DNA of 56,706 nt. It comes from an uncultured Acholeplasmataceae bacterium. GTDB taxonomy: Bacteria > Bacillota_I > Bacilli_A > Acholeplasmatales > Acholeplasmataceae. The DNA lies in NCBI GenBank assembly GCA_963539745.1, contig CAUTNJ010000001.1, forward strand, positions 1-56,706, given 5' to 3'. How positions within the stretch are numbered: the first letter of the stretch is position 1; every line of letters starts with the position of its first letter. Both the position numbers and the translations under genes were made by a program. Below the pieces are notes generated by a model. That model was not told the origin of the DNA. It was given only the letters and a program-made list of their open reading frames with translations, and did no database searches. Shown in pieces: positions 19,920 to 28,906 of this stretch.

Positions 19920-21421
19920 TAAAGAACCTTTTTGATTTTCAAAATTAGTGCAAACATCAACGTGTCTTCAGGAAAATCTTTGGTTTTAGAAATTGCCTGG
20001 TAAACCGCTTTTCCGGTCTCTTCACTTTGCAAGAACTTAGTTACAAAATTAACAAAAGTTTTAACTTTACTCAAAGGTATGTCGTCAAGTAGTTCACGGT
20101 TAAGCGCCCAAAGAACACAGGCTAAAGTTGTAAAGTCTATCAGTTCGTGAATATTTTGTTTAAAAATTTCAATAACTAAGCGACCTCTGGCTAGTTTCTT
20201 TAAAGAAAGTTCGTCTAAATCTGAGCCAAATTGTGAGAAAGACTCAAGTTCTTTATATGATGCTAAAAATATACGAAGCAGTCCAGACACTCGCTTAACT
20301 GCTTTAAACTGAGCAGAGCCACCGACTCTAGAAACTGATAACCCTGAATTAATAGCGGGGCGAATACCTTTGTAAAAAAGTTCTGTTTCTAAAAAAATTT
20401 GTCCGTCGGTAATTGAAATAACATTAGTTGGAATATAGGCAGAAATGTCTCCTGCTTTAGTTTCAATGATAGGTAGCGCGGTCAGAGAACCTCCGCCTAA
20501 AGTTTTAGATAGTTTAGCAGAACGTTCAAGTAATCTAGAGTGTAAATAAAATATGTCTCCAGGAAAGGCTTCTCTACCAGGTGGACGTTTTAGCAATAGC
20601 GAAAGTTCGCGGTAAGCCACGGCGTGTTTAGAAAGGTCGTCGTAGACTATTAAAACATCGCGACCGCGCTCAGCGAAGTATTCAGCCATAGAGCAGGCAG
20701 AAAATGGTGCTAAATACTGAAGTGTTCCTTCTTTGTGTGCAGGAGCAGAGACAATAATTGTGTATTCAAGAGCATTGTGCTCTTCTAAAACTTTTCTAAT
20801 TTGCGCAACAGTTTGTTGTTTTTGACCGATTGCTGTGTAGACACAAATTACGTTTTTGCCCTGTTGATTTAAAATTGTGTCAATTGCAATAGAAGTCTTT
20901 CCAGTTTGTCTGTCGCCAATAATCAGTTCTCTTTGACCTTTGCCAATTGGAATTAAGGCGTCAATCATCCCAATTCCGGTCAACAGCGGTTCGTTGACGT
21001 GATCACGCTCCATCACGGCGTGTGCAGGTCTTTCAATTGGCAGAGTTTCTGCAGTAATTATTTTTTCAAGTCCATCTTGAGGCTCGCCTAGCGGATCAAC
21101 TACGCGTCCAAGTAAAGATTCGCCAACTGGCACTTCAAAGATTTTTCCAGTTAATCTACACTCATCGCCTTCCTTAATTGAAAAAATATCTCCGAGTAAT
21201 ATAATTCCGACTTTATCAACTTCTAAATTAAAAATTACTCCAAAACAAGAACTGTTAAATACGACTTTTTCGCCCATCATGGCGTTTTTAAGTCCATAGC
21301 AAAAACATATTCCATCACCAACTGTCAAAATATAGCCGACTTCTTGGAATTGGCTTTCGTTTTGTTGAGTCTTTAGCTCTTGTTCAATTTGAGTTTGTAG
21401 TTTTTTAATATCTAAAGCCAT
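19919..21421 (-). CDS. atpA: F1 ATP synthase alpha subunit
   Basis: GDRQTGKTS P-loop. I chose the start at ATG 21421 (MALDIKKL), which has AGGAAG upstream; the track start at 21436 is 5 codons longer. Confidence 0.95.
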   Translation of the reverse strand: MALDIKKLQTQIEQELKTQQNESQFQEVGYILTVGDGICFCYGLKNAMMGEKVVFNSSCFGVIFNLEVDKVGIILLGDIFSIKEGDECRLTGKIFEVPVGESLLGRVVDPLGEPQDGLEKIITAETLPIERPAHAVMERDHVNEPLLTGIGMIDALIPIGKGQRELIIGDRQTGKTSIAIDTILNQQGKNVICVYTAIGQKQQTVAQIRKVLEEHNALEYTIIVSAPAHKEGTLQYLAPFSACSMAEYFAERGRDVLIVYDDLSKHAVAYRELSLLLKRPPGREAFPGDIFYLHSRLLERSAKLSKTLGGGSLTALPIIETKAGDISAYIPTNVISITDGQIFLETELFYKGIRPAINSGLSVSRVGGSAQFKAVKRVSGLLRIFLASYKELESFSQFGSDLDELSLKKLARGRLVIEIFKQNIHELIDFTTLACVLWALNRELLDDIPLSKVKTFVNFVTKFLQSEETGKAVYQAISKTKDFPEDTLMFALILKIKKVL

Positions 21422-21435
21422 TTTACTTCCTTTCA

Positions 21436-21936
21436 TTATCTAAACATTTCTTTTAATTTAGTCAAAAGTGACAAGTCTAGACTAAGGCCTGCGTAGTCAA
21501 TTTTAAGACCATTTATTAGTTTAGGATTAATTTCTTGTCTTAAAATTAAGTCTTTGTCTTGAATGATTTTTTTAAGTTCAAGAGTTAGAGTTTTAAGTTG
21601 TTTATCTGTTAGTTTTTTAGGCGAAGAAATAGTGACATACGCTTGATTTCTTTCAATGTTTTGCAAGCGCATAAACTCCGCATAAATTTTGTCAATCGCC
21701 AAAATTGCTTTATCTTTAATTAAAATCCTTAAAAACTTTTGAGTTTCTGCGCTAAACTGAGTAAGCACTTTGGCAGTATCTATGCGGCCATAGGCAAGTG
21801 CAGAAATTAACTCAGGGCTTTTGGCATAAATTTTTTTAAAAGTGTGGAGTTCTTCAATTAAAACTTTTTGTGAAGCTTTGTCTTTAACAAAATTAAAATA
21901 GGCGTGTGCGTATTTGACGAAATTATTTTTTTGCAT
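21436..21936 (-). CDS. atpH: F1 ATP synthase delta subunit (OSCP)
   Basis: 166 aa, positioned between atpF and atpA, with an OSCP-like pattern. Confidence 0.85.
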   Translation of the reverse strand: MQKNNFVKYAHAYFNFVKDKASQKVLIEELHTFKKIYAKSPELISALAYGRIDTAKVLTQFSAETQKFLRILIKDKAILAIDKIYAEFMRLQNIERNQAYVTISSPKKLTDKQLKTLTLELKKIIQDKDLILRQEINPKLINGLKIDYAGLSLDLSLLTKLKEMFR

Positions 21937-22477
21937 TTTTCAGTTCAGTTTCAATTAAAAGATCAAGTTCATTTTCGTATAAGTTTTTATCAATTTCTTT
22001 TTTGACAATTAACTTAGTAGCCTTATAAGAAATTGCTTTAATTGCTTGTTTAATTTCCGCTTCTTTTTCTTTAATTTCAGCCTCAATTTCACTGTCTAGT
22101 TTAGCAAGTCGACGCTCTGCGGTTTTTTTGGCTTTTGTCAAAATTTCGTCTCGCTCTAGTTGGGCGTCTTTTATTAAAGTGTCTCTCATTTGTTCAATGT
22201 CGTCGCGAGCCGATAAGTATTTTTGCGTAATTTCTGCTTTTAATACTTTGATTTCTTCTTGTGCTTTATTCGCTTCTTGCTTTTCTTTAATTTCCTGCAT
22301 TCTGTGTTCATCTAAAAACTTAGTGATTTTTTTCCAAAAGAAAAAGCGCACTATTAAGTAAAGAATAAACAGTGCAGTTAATTGATAGACAATAATAGAC
22401 CAATCTGAAAACATTGAGTAAAGACCTTTTTCAACAGTCTTTACGATATTTTTAGAAATATCTGTATAGATAGTCAT
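21923..22477 (-). CDS. atpF: Fo ATP synthase subunit b
   Basis: One N-terminal TM helix followed by a long charged coiled coil; operon position fits. Confidence 0.85.
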   Translation of the reverse strand: MTIYTDISKNIVKTVEKGLYSMFSDWSIIVYQLTALFILYLIVRFFFWKKITKFLDEHRMQEIKEKQEANKAQEEIKVLKAEITQKYLSARDDIEQMRDTLIKDAQLERDEILTKAKKTAERRLAKLDSEIEAEIKEKEAEIKQAIKAISYKATKLIVKKEIDKNLYENELDLLIETELKNAKK

Positions 22478-22506
22478 TTTTAAAAAAAGCGAAACTAAAT
22501 GGGTGC

Positions 22507-22773
22507 TTATTTACTTGCTAAAGTAAAAGCAACAACCATACCGTAGATAGCCGAAGTTTCAACGACAGTTTGGGCAATGATCATTAAAATCATAATTTTA
22601 TTTGAAGCCTCTGGTTGACGGGCAACACCTTCAACGGCTTTCATGCCAATTAAACCTTGTCCAATTGAAGTTGCAAAACCAGTAAATACGGCAATACCGG
22701 CACCAATGTAGGCAAGTGAACCTACAACTTGCATTAAGTTTAAGTTAGCAATTAAGTTTAAAATTGTGTCCAT
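22507..22773 (-). CDS. atpE: Fo ATP synthase subunit c
   Basis: 88 aa helical hairpin with an RQPE loop and a conserved carboxylate (VVETSAIYG). AGGAGGA SD. Confidence 0.9.
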   Translation of the reverse strand: MDTILNLIANLNLMQVVGSLAYIGAGIAVFTGFATSIGQGLIGMKAVEGVARQPEASNKIMILMIIAQTVVETSAIYGMVVAFTLASK

Positions 22774-22791
22774 AAATATATCCTCCTAATT

Positions 22792-23526
22792 TTAATTTTT
22801 TGCGTTTTTGTATACTAAATTATACTCTAGTAAAAAGTTTTCATCAGTGTTTTCATATTTATCCGTTTCCTCTGTTTTTTGAGAAATTGCAATAACTGTA
22901 AGCAAAACAAACACCAAGGTTTGAATACAGCCAAACAGAATATCAAAGATAAAATGCATGATTGGTGTGACAAACGGAGAAAGACCACCGAGTAGCGAGT
23001 AGACTAATGAAAGTAGAATTCCCCCACTTACGATATTTCCAAATAAACGAAAACTCATTGAAAGTATAGGCGTAAACTCAGAAAGCAGGTTTATTGGAAA
23101 CATAATGGAAACTGGCTCAAACAATCCTTTAAAGTGTTTGGCTTTTCTTGACTTTAGCCCGATTTGGTGTTTGCAGTATAGTGAAAACAAAGTTAGTGGA
23201 ACTGTAATTGCAGTAAAAGCAGTTGGTGTAATTAGTCCAAAAATACCTGAGATATTGGCAAACAAAATAAAGAAAATCAATGTGAAAATATAAGGTGCAG
23301 CTGTTCGCCAGTGAATGCCAATGTTTTGCTTTAAGAAAGTGTTGACGCTGTCAACTACTTTAATGTGCCAATAGAGAAATTTATTTGGTTCTTTTTCGTT
23401 AAGTCTTCCAACCGCAGCGCCTATTGCAGAAACATATATAGCGATTATGGTCATTATGAAAAGAGATGCAAAAAAATACGGGGTTATTGCTTGTGGGAAT
23501 TTATTGATTTCTAGATTTTCTAACAT
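22792..23526 (-). CDS. atpB: Fo ATP synthase subunit a
   Basis: 244 aa polytopic protein with the conserved SFRLFGN arginine motif. Confidence 0.9.
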   Translation of the reverse strand: MLENLEINKFPQAITPYFFASLFIMTIIAIYVSAIGAAVGRLNEKEPNKFLYWHIKVVDSVNTFLKQNIGIHWRTAAPYIFTLIFFILFANISGIFGLITPTAFTAITVPLTLFSLYCKHQIGLKSRKAKHFKGLFEPVSIMFPINLLSEFTPILSMSFRLFGNIVSGGILLSLVYSLLGGLSPFVTPIMHFIFDILFGCIQTLVFVLLTVIAISQKTEETDKYENTDENFLLEYNLVYKNAKN

Positions 23527-23897
23527 ATTTCTCCTTTCGTAATTTTAACTTCAACTAAAATCGCAATACACGCAAGCACTATACTCGCGGCCAAAGTAGT
23601 ACCGAAACTTAAATAATTTAAGCCGGGTGTTTTTAACTTTAAAATGCTGTTTAACGTAAAAATTAGTAAAAACAACATAAAAATCACAAAGTTTTGCAAA
23701 ATAGTAAATCCAAAAATTTGTGCTTTTTTAAAAGTTTTTAACTCTACTTTTAATATTAAAGTAAATAAAAAGCAATAAACTAAAGCAAAGTTTGCAAATA
23801 AATAAGCGGTTTTATCGATGTACAGCCAAACCAAGGTCAAAATAAAACTAAATAAGTAAAGAAAATATACAAAGTGGTTAATTGTTTTGATTTTCAT
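23520..23897 (-). CDS. small polytopic membrane protein upstream of atpB (AtpI-position protein)
   Basis: About 125 aa with 4 predicted TM helices. ATG at 23897 (the track starts at TTG 23903). It overlaps both neighbours and has no recognisable motif. Confidence 0.5.
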   Translation of the reverse strand: MKIKTINHFVYFLYLFSFILTLVWLYIDKTAYLFANFALVYCFLFTLILKVELKTFKKAQIFGFTILQNFVIFMLFLLIFTLNSILKLKTPGLNYLSFGTTLAASIVLACIAILVEVKITKGEIC

Positions 23898-24144
23898 CGC
23901 CAATTTTAGGGGTGCCTTGAGGTTTTGGTTCTTTTTTTTCTGTTTTAATTAGTTTACGATAAATATTTAAAGCAAAAGAAATAGAAGAAACAAATCCAAT
24001 TCCGAAACCAATTAAAGCAGCAATGCCGATGCCAACTGGACTATAGCCAGACTTTTTGGCAATCAAAGCACCGACTGCCGTTGGAATTAACAGCGAAAAA
24101 ATAATTTGACTGACAAGTAAATACCAGGCTCCGAATTTTTTCAT
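23878..24144 (-). CDS. AtpZ/AtpI-like small membrane protein
   Basis: 88 aa with two TM helices (MKKFGAWYLLVSQIIFSLLIPTAVGALIAKK...). First gene of the atp cluster, as for AtpZ-type F0F1-associated proteins. Confidence 0.55.
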   Translation of the reverse strand: MKKFGAWYLLVSQIIFSLLIPTAVGALIAKKSGYSPVGIGIAALIGFGIGFVSSISFALNIYRKLIKTEKKEPKPQGTPKIGDENQNN

Positions 24145-24147
24145 AAA

Positions 24148-24768
24148 TTATTTAGTACCAAATAAGCGGTCACCACAATCCCCAAGTCCAGGAACAATAT
24201 AGCCGTTTTCATTCAAGTGTTCATCTTCTTGTGCTAAATAAATATCAACATCTGGATGCTTTTCTTGTAGCAACTTAATTCCTTCTGGGCAACCAACAAT
24301 ACCAGCGTATCTAATGTTTTTAACGCCAATTTCTTTCAATGCCTGAATTGCATAGGCTGCAGAGTGGCCAGTTGCTAACATCGGATCTAGCACAATCACA
24401 AGTGAGTTTTTAGTGTTTTCAGGAACTTTAAAGAAGTATTTTTTTGGTTCCAGAGTCTCTTCATCACGGTATAGGCCAATGTGTCCAATTTTGGCAGTTG
24501 GAATTAAACTGCAAACCCCCTCAACCATACCAAGTCCTGCTCTTAAAACCGGAATTAAAACAACTTCTTCTTTGAGTTCTTGGCATTTTGTTTTGACAAT
24601 AGGAGTTGTGACTTCCACGGTTTTAGTTTGAAAATCGCGAGAAAGTTCATAAGTTACCAAGGTAGCGATTTCAGAAACCAGTTCTCTAAATTCTTTGGTT
24701 TTAGTGTGGACTGAGCGCAGTTGACTCATTTTGTGTTCAATTAGTGGGTGATTTAAAATTTTAACCAT
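24148..24768 (-). CDS. upp: uracil phosphoribosyltransferase
   Basis: 206 aa with a PRPP loop ([12 protein letters not shown]) and C-terminal [17 protein letters not shown]. Confidence 0.95.
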   Translation of the reverse strand: MVKILNHPLIEHKMSQLRSVHTKTKEFRELVSEIATLVTYELSRDFQTKTVEVTTPIVKTKCQELKEEVVLIPVLRAGLGMVEGVCSLIPTAKIGHIGLYRDEETLEPKKYFFKVPENTKNSLVIVLDPMLATGHSAAYAIQALKEIGVKNIRYAGIVGCPEGIKLLQEKHPDVDIYLAQEDEHLNENGYIVPGLGDCGDRLFGTK

Positions 24769-24784
24769 TGTCTACTCCTTTTAA

Positions 24785-25219
24785 TTAAAGTGAGTTTAGC
24801 ATATCAACTCTGCGTTGATGCCTGCCTGCTTCAAATTCAGTTTGCAAAAACTCTTCAACAAACTCAATCAGCGTGCTTAACTCAAACCCGCGACCACTTA
24901 ACGCAATTATGTTTGCGTTGTTGTGAAGTTTAGCCAAATGTGCAGCCTCTTTGGTGTAAACCAAGGCGCATCTGGCTCCTTTGACTTTATTGGCAGCGAT
25001 AGAAATTCCAATTCCAGAACCACAGACAACAATACCGAGTGAGTCGTTAGTTTCAACTACTTTTCTGGCAACTTTTTCACCAAAAATAGGATAGTCAACC
25101 GAATCTGTTGAGTTAGTTCCAAGGTCTGTAATTACGTACTTAGTGGTATTTTTTAAATGTGCTTTGATTTTTTCTTTTGCTTCAAAACCAGCGTGGTCAG
25201 AACCTATAAATATTTCCAT
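24785..25219 (-). CDS. rpiB: ribose-5-phosphate isomerase B
   Basis: 144 aa with GSDHAGF, VCGSGIGISIAANK and HNNANIIALSGR. Confidence 0.93.
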   Translation of the reverse strand: MEIFIGSDHAGFEAKEKIKAHLKNTTKYVITDLGTNSTDSVDYPIFGEKVARKVVETNDSLGIVVCGSGIGISIAANKVKGARCALVYTKEAAHLAKLHNNANIIALSGRGFELSTLIEFVEEFLQTEFEAGRHQRRVDMLNSL

Positions 25220-25263
25220 TATTACCTGCCTTTTAAGAACTTATTTGCTCGTCCTTATATAAT

Positions 25264-25292
25264 ATTATATTACAATTTAAAAGGTTTGTAAA
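25264..25292 (-). promoter_or_regulatory. candidate sigma-A promoter for rpiB-upp-atp
   Basis: On the minus strand: TTTACA, 17 nt, TATAAT, ending 44 nt upstream of the rpiB ATG. Confidence 0.45.
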
Positions 25293-25313
25293 TATTTCAA
25301 ATGAGTGTTTTGA

Positions 25314-25342
25314 TTGCATGTTTTTTTAAAATGTGCTAATAT
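25314..25342 (+). promoter_or_regulatory. candidate sigma-A promoter (extended -10) for the 36-codon sORF
   Basis: TTGCAT, 17 nt, TAATAT, with TG at -15/-14 (tgTGcTAATAT). It lies back to back with the rpiB promoter. Confidence 0.5.
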
Positions 25343-25367
25343 ATTTAAATACGAAAGGAGGAAATAT

Positions 25368-25478
25368 ATGAAAAAAAGTAGAAAAAACATTCTTAGTGTT
25401 CTAAAAAACGTAGTTGCGAAAAGCGTTAGAAATGCTACAATCGGTATCTTAAGTTCAATTAACGACTGCGACCACTAG
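25368..25478 (+). CDS. unannotated small ORF (36 aa): MKKSRKNILSVLKNVVAKSVRNATIGILSSINDCDH
   Basis: ATG preceded by GAAAGGAGGAAATAT (a near-perfect SD with 6-7 nt spacing). It has its own promoter and a long hairpin 20 nt after the TAG. It is below the 60-aa cutoff of the ORF track. Confidence 0.45.
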   Translation: MKKSRKNILSVLKNVVAKSVRNATIGILSSINDCDH

Positions 25479-25497
25479 ACAGAACTTGATGTGTATC

Positions 25498-25531
25498 ATA
25501 ATTGTTTATCTTTTTTAAGATAAATAATTAT
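25498..25531 (+). terminator. AT-rich 15-bp hairpin after the sORF
   Basis: ATAATTGTTTATCTT-tttt-AAGATAAATAATTAT with one mismatch. It is weak in GC and has no clear T-run. Confidence 0.3.
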
Positions 25532-25605
25532 TCTTACCGCCAAGTTAAATTCTTTTTAATAAATTATTTTACTAAACAAATACTTTATTAAAGTGAATTT
25601 AAATC

Positions 25606-25649
25606 AAAAAATACCCTATTCCTAGAACAGCAGAAATGGGGTATTTTTT
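25606..25649. terminator. bidirectional terminator-like hairpin downstream of the DnaD-like gene
   Basis: AAAAATACCC ... GGGTATTTTT 10-bp stem with a large 22-nt loop, with an A-run and T-run on either side. Confidence 0.4.
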
Positions 25650-25681
25650 GGTTTGTTTTGTTTGTTTATTTAAAAATTAAA

Positions 25682-26275
25682 CTATTGTTTAAAAATTTGT
25701 GAAAGGATTTTTTTGTCTTTTTGGTTGAGTGGTTTGCCTTCAACTGAATAGTTTTGAACAACCGCCTCTAACTTACTAAAGGTAAAAAAACCTTCTTTAA
25801 TAATATTTTCAATAATTTCTTTCAAAGCACTAGGTGTAATTTTTTTACTCTCAAGCCAGTTTTTAATCAAAATATACTGATTTGCAGAAAGTGGTTTGGC
25901 ATTTTTTTCAATCAGTTCGCCAACCTCTTTAAGCAAACATTCTTGCGGGTCTAACTCTGGATTTTGAATAAAGTCTAAAATTTGTGCGTAGAGTGGTTTT
26001 AAAGAAATTAGCTCTCTAACTTTGCCACTTTCGTTTTCTTCGTAGACAAAAGTAATGATTTTTTTAGAATGTAGTGAATTTAAAGTGTTTTCAGCAACAC
26101 TTTTTTCAAGTCCGGTTTTTTTAACAAAAGAAAGTACTGTGTGTTTTTTCTTTTTTTCTGAAAGTAAAAGTACCACAAAAGAATACTCGTTTGCCGATAA
26201 GTTTAACTTCTTTTGGTGTTCAGAAACCAGTTTTAAAAAATCAAGTGAGTAGTCTAAAAATAATTTTTCAAGCAT
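25682..26275 (-). CDS. DnaD-domain replication/primosome protein
   Basis: 197 aa. N-terminal winged-helix-like part, then a C-terminal DnaD/DnaB_2-like segment (LSANQYILIKNWLESKKITPSALKEIIENIIKEG). AAGGAG SD lies inside the rnc 3' end. Confidence 0.6.
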   Translation of the reverse strand: MLEKLFLDYSLDFLKLVSEHQKKLNLSANEYSFVVLLLSEKKKKHTVLSFVKKTGLEKSVAENTLNSLHSKKIITFVYEENESGKVRELISLKPLYAQILDFIQNPELDPQECLLKEVGELIEKNAKPLSANQYILIKNWLESKKITPSALKEIIENIIKEGFFTFSKLEAVVQNYSVEGKPLNQKDKKILSQIFKQ

Positions 26276-26942
26276 TTATGTTCTCCTTAGTCTGCAATTT
26301 TTCAAGGGCTTTTTTAGCAGCCTCTTTTTCAGACAAAGCCTTGGAACGGCCAGTTCCAGTAGCTAGAAGTACATCTTTTTCATAATAAACCCCAGAGACA
26401 AAAACTTTGTCGTTGCTAGGCCCAGTTTCAGATATTAGTTTGTATGAAATTAACTTATTTGAAAATCCTTGATAATACTCTTGTAAAACGGTTTTGTAGT
26501 CAATAATATCAATCTCTTTCAAAAACACAGACCATATATATTTCTCAAAAAAATGTCTACAGTTTTCAATTCCGCTGTCTAGATAAATTGAGCCAATTAA
26601 GGCTTCCATACAGTCGGCAATTATGGATTTTGGAATTGGCGAAACTCGGGTTTTAATGTAGTTGTCTAGGTTGATTTTTTTAGCATAGACCAAAAGTGCA
26701 TCTTCTGAAATCATCGCTGCTCTTTGTTTAGAAAGAAAGCCTTCGTTTTCATCTGGATACTTATTTAACAATGCTTCAGCTGCCAAGAAATCCAAAATAC
26801 TGTCTCCTAAAAACTCGCGACGTTCGTAGTTTGGCAGTTTGTTTAAGTTACCGTATGAAGAGTGAATAAAAGCAGGTATAAAGTTTTTTAAGTTTTTGAC
26901 CTTAACTCCGATTGACTTTAAATAAGCTTTCTCATCTGTCAT
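26268..26942 (-). CDS. rnc: ribonuclease III
   Basis: YERREFLGDSILDF signature and a C-terminal dsRBD (GTGRSKALSEKEAAKKALEKL). The ATG at 26942 overlaps the plsX end. Confidence 0.93.
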   Translation of the reverse strand: MTDEKAYLKSIGVKVKNLKNFIPAFIHSSYGNLNKLPNYERREFLGDSILDFLAAEALLNKYPDENEGFLSKQRAAMISEDALLVYAKKINLDNYIKTRVSPIPKSIIADCMEALIGSIYLDSGIENCRHFFEKYIWSVFLKEIDIIDYKTVLQEYYQGFSNKLISYKLISETGPSNDKVFVSGVYYEKDVLLATGTGRSKALSEKEAAKKALEKLQTKENINA

Positions 26943-27930
26943 TTTCAAGTCCTTTTAAGAATTTTTCAATAATACTGTTTTCAACAAAAACTTTAGCCTG
27001 TTTAATGGCTTGTTTTAAATCTTGGTGTTTAGCAGCGCCGTGCGCCTTAACTACAACGCCTTTAGTTCCAAGAATCAAGGCGCCACCTGTATCGTTTGCA
27101 GTAAGTTTTTTAACTGCCCTCTTGATTGATTTTCTTAAAATTAAGAAGGCTAGTTTTTTAAGTAAACAATATTTTAATTCTTTTTTAAAGTTCTCTTTAA
27201 AGCCTAACAAGGCGCCTTCCATGGATTTTAAAATTAAGTTGCCGCTAAATCCGTCTGTTACCAAAACATCTGCGTTTTTAAAAAATAGTTCCTTTGGTTC
27301 AACGTTTCCGTAAAAATTAAACTCATGTGTTTCTTTAAGCAAATCGTAAGCAGAACGCTCAAAATCACGACCTTTGCCTTTTTCAGAACCTATAGAAACT
27401 AACCCAACTTGTGGCGCAAAATCGTTGTTTCCAATAAGCTGTTTTAAATAAGTAACACCGATTTGCGAAAAATCAACTAAATCTTTTGGCGAAATTTCAG
27501 CAGTAGCACCACAATCTAGCAGAATTTTTTTAGTTCCATCAACAGTATTAAAAGGAACGGCTAATGCTAATCTACGAACTTTTGGTAGCCTACCTACAAT
27601 TAAGTGAGACCCAAAAACTACCGCTTGAGTTGGACCTGCTGAAACCACGGCGTCAACTTGGTTGTTTTTAAGTAATGCGAGTGCTTTAAAAAGAGAACGC
27701 TCAGGGGTTTTTCTAAACTCAGCAAATGGGTCTTCAACACCCATATCTAGGTATTTATCTGTGTGAATAATTTTGCATTGGGGGTGATTAACAAACTCAC
27801 TTAGTCTACTTTCATCTCCAACTAAGTAAAACTCAATATTTGTATTTTCGCCCAACAAGGCTCTTATTGCTTTTTTATTTTCAAAAATGCCAAGGTCCCC
27901 ACCCATCATATCAACGGCTATTTTAATCAT
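26932..27930 (-). CDS. plsX: phosphate acyltransferase PlsX
   Basis: MIKIAVDMMGGD start with AAGGAG 6 nt upstream; the track ORF begins 8 codons earlier. GFSGN and GTKGVVVKAHG motifs. ATGATTAA overlap with the aroC stop. Confidence 0.95.
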   Translation of the reverse strand: MIKIAVDMMGGDLGIFENKKAIRALLGENTNIEFYLVGDESRLSEFVNHPQCKIIHTDKYLDMGVEDPFAEFRKTPERSLFKALALLKNNQVDAVVSAGPTQAVVFGSHLIVGRLPKVRRLALAVPFNTVDGTKKILLDCGATAEISPKDLVDFSQIGVTYLKQLIGNNDFAPQVGLVSIGSEKGKGRDFERSAYDLLKETHEFNFYGNVEPKELFFKNADVLVTDGFSGNLILKSMEGALLGFKENFKKELKYCLLKKLAFLILRKSIKRAVKKLTANDTGGALILGTKGVVVKAHGAAKHQDLKQAIKQAKVFVENSIIEKFLKGLENDR

Positions 27931-28906
27931 TTTTATCTCCTTCAATTGTAGCAAACACAGCCAATGCTGTCATTGCTTCTACAATAACTGGTGCTCTTAA
28001 ACCAAAGCAAATGTCGTGTCTACCCTGGATTTCTATTAACTCTATTTTACCAGTTTTTAAGTTAAGAGTTTGTTGTGGTTTGGAAATTGAACCAGTTGGT
28101 CTAAAAGTAGTTTCAATTAAAATAGGATTACCATTTGAAATCCCGCCAACTATTCCGCCTGCATTGTTAGTCTGAGTTCTGCCAGACAAATCAGCTAAAA
28201 CGTCATTATACTCAGAGCCTTTTTTGCAAACTGTATCCGAACCAAGGCCAAAACCAAGCGCTTTCACGCCAGGTATTAAATACACAAATCTAGCAATATA
28301 GGAGTTTAGTTTATTAAAAAAAACCGAGCCAACACCGGGTTTTAATCCAGTTAAAGTAGTGGTTATTTTAACGCCAACGCTGTCTTGTTCTACTTTGATT
28401 TGATTTAAATACTCAACAAACTTCAAAGGTTCTTTTTCAGTGCCAATTTGTTTAATTTGACTGCTGAACTCAATGCCTAAATATTGGCGAATTATTTCGC
28501 CAATAAAGACAAACAAAATAGTGGTTCTGCCAGAAAAAAGTCCACCACCTGGAAAAGTTTTTCCATACTTTTGAATTGAAACAAAATCAGCCTGACCTGG
28601 TCTTGGAGTTAAACTAAACTGTGTGTAGTCTTTAGATATAGTGTTTGTGTTTTCAAAATAAACATCAATAACATCACCATTAGTTTTATTTTCCTTAAAC
28701 CCGGAGACGATAATGTACTTATCTGGCTCTTTTCTAGGAGTTGTAAAAATAGAAGTAGACTTGCGTCTTTCTAAGGCTTTCTCTACTTGTTTAAAATCAA
28801 CATAAAAATCTTTTGGAAACCCAAATAGCCGAATTCCGATTTTTTTACTATGAGTGTCTCCGTAGATTTCTATTTTGACTTTTTTAGATATCTCCAGACT
28901 CTGCAT
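27923..28906 (-). CDS. aroC: chorismate synthase
   Basis: YGDTHSKKIG (compare FGESHG), PRPGQADF and GRHDICFGLRAPVIVEAM. The ATG at 28906 lies inside the last codons of the upstream fusion gene. Confidence 0.88.
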   Translation of the reverse strand: MQSLEISKKVKIEIYGDTHSKKIGIRLFGFPKDFYVDFKQVEKALERRKSTSIFTTPRKEPDKYIIVSGFKENKTNGDVIDVYFENTNTISKDYTQFSLTPRPGQADFVSIQKYGKTFPGGGLFSGRTTILFVFIGEIIRQYLGIEFSSQIKQIGTEKEPLKFVEYLNQIKVEQDSVGVKITTTLTGLKPGVGSVFFNKLNSYIARFVYLIPGVKALGFGLGSDTVCKKGSEYNDVLADLSGRTQTNNAGGIVGGISNGNPILIETTFRPTGSISKPQQTLNLKTGKIELIEIQGRHDICFGLRAPVIVEAMTALAVFATIEGDKND

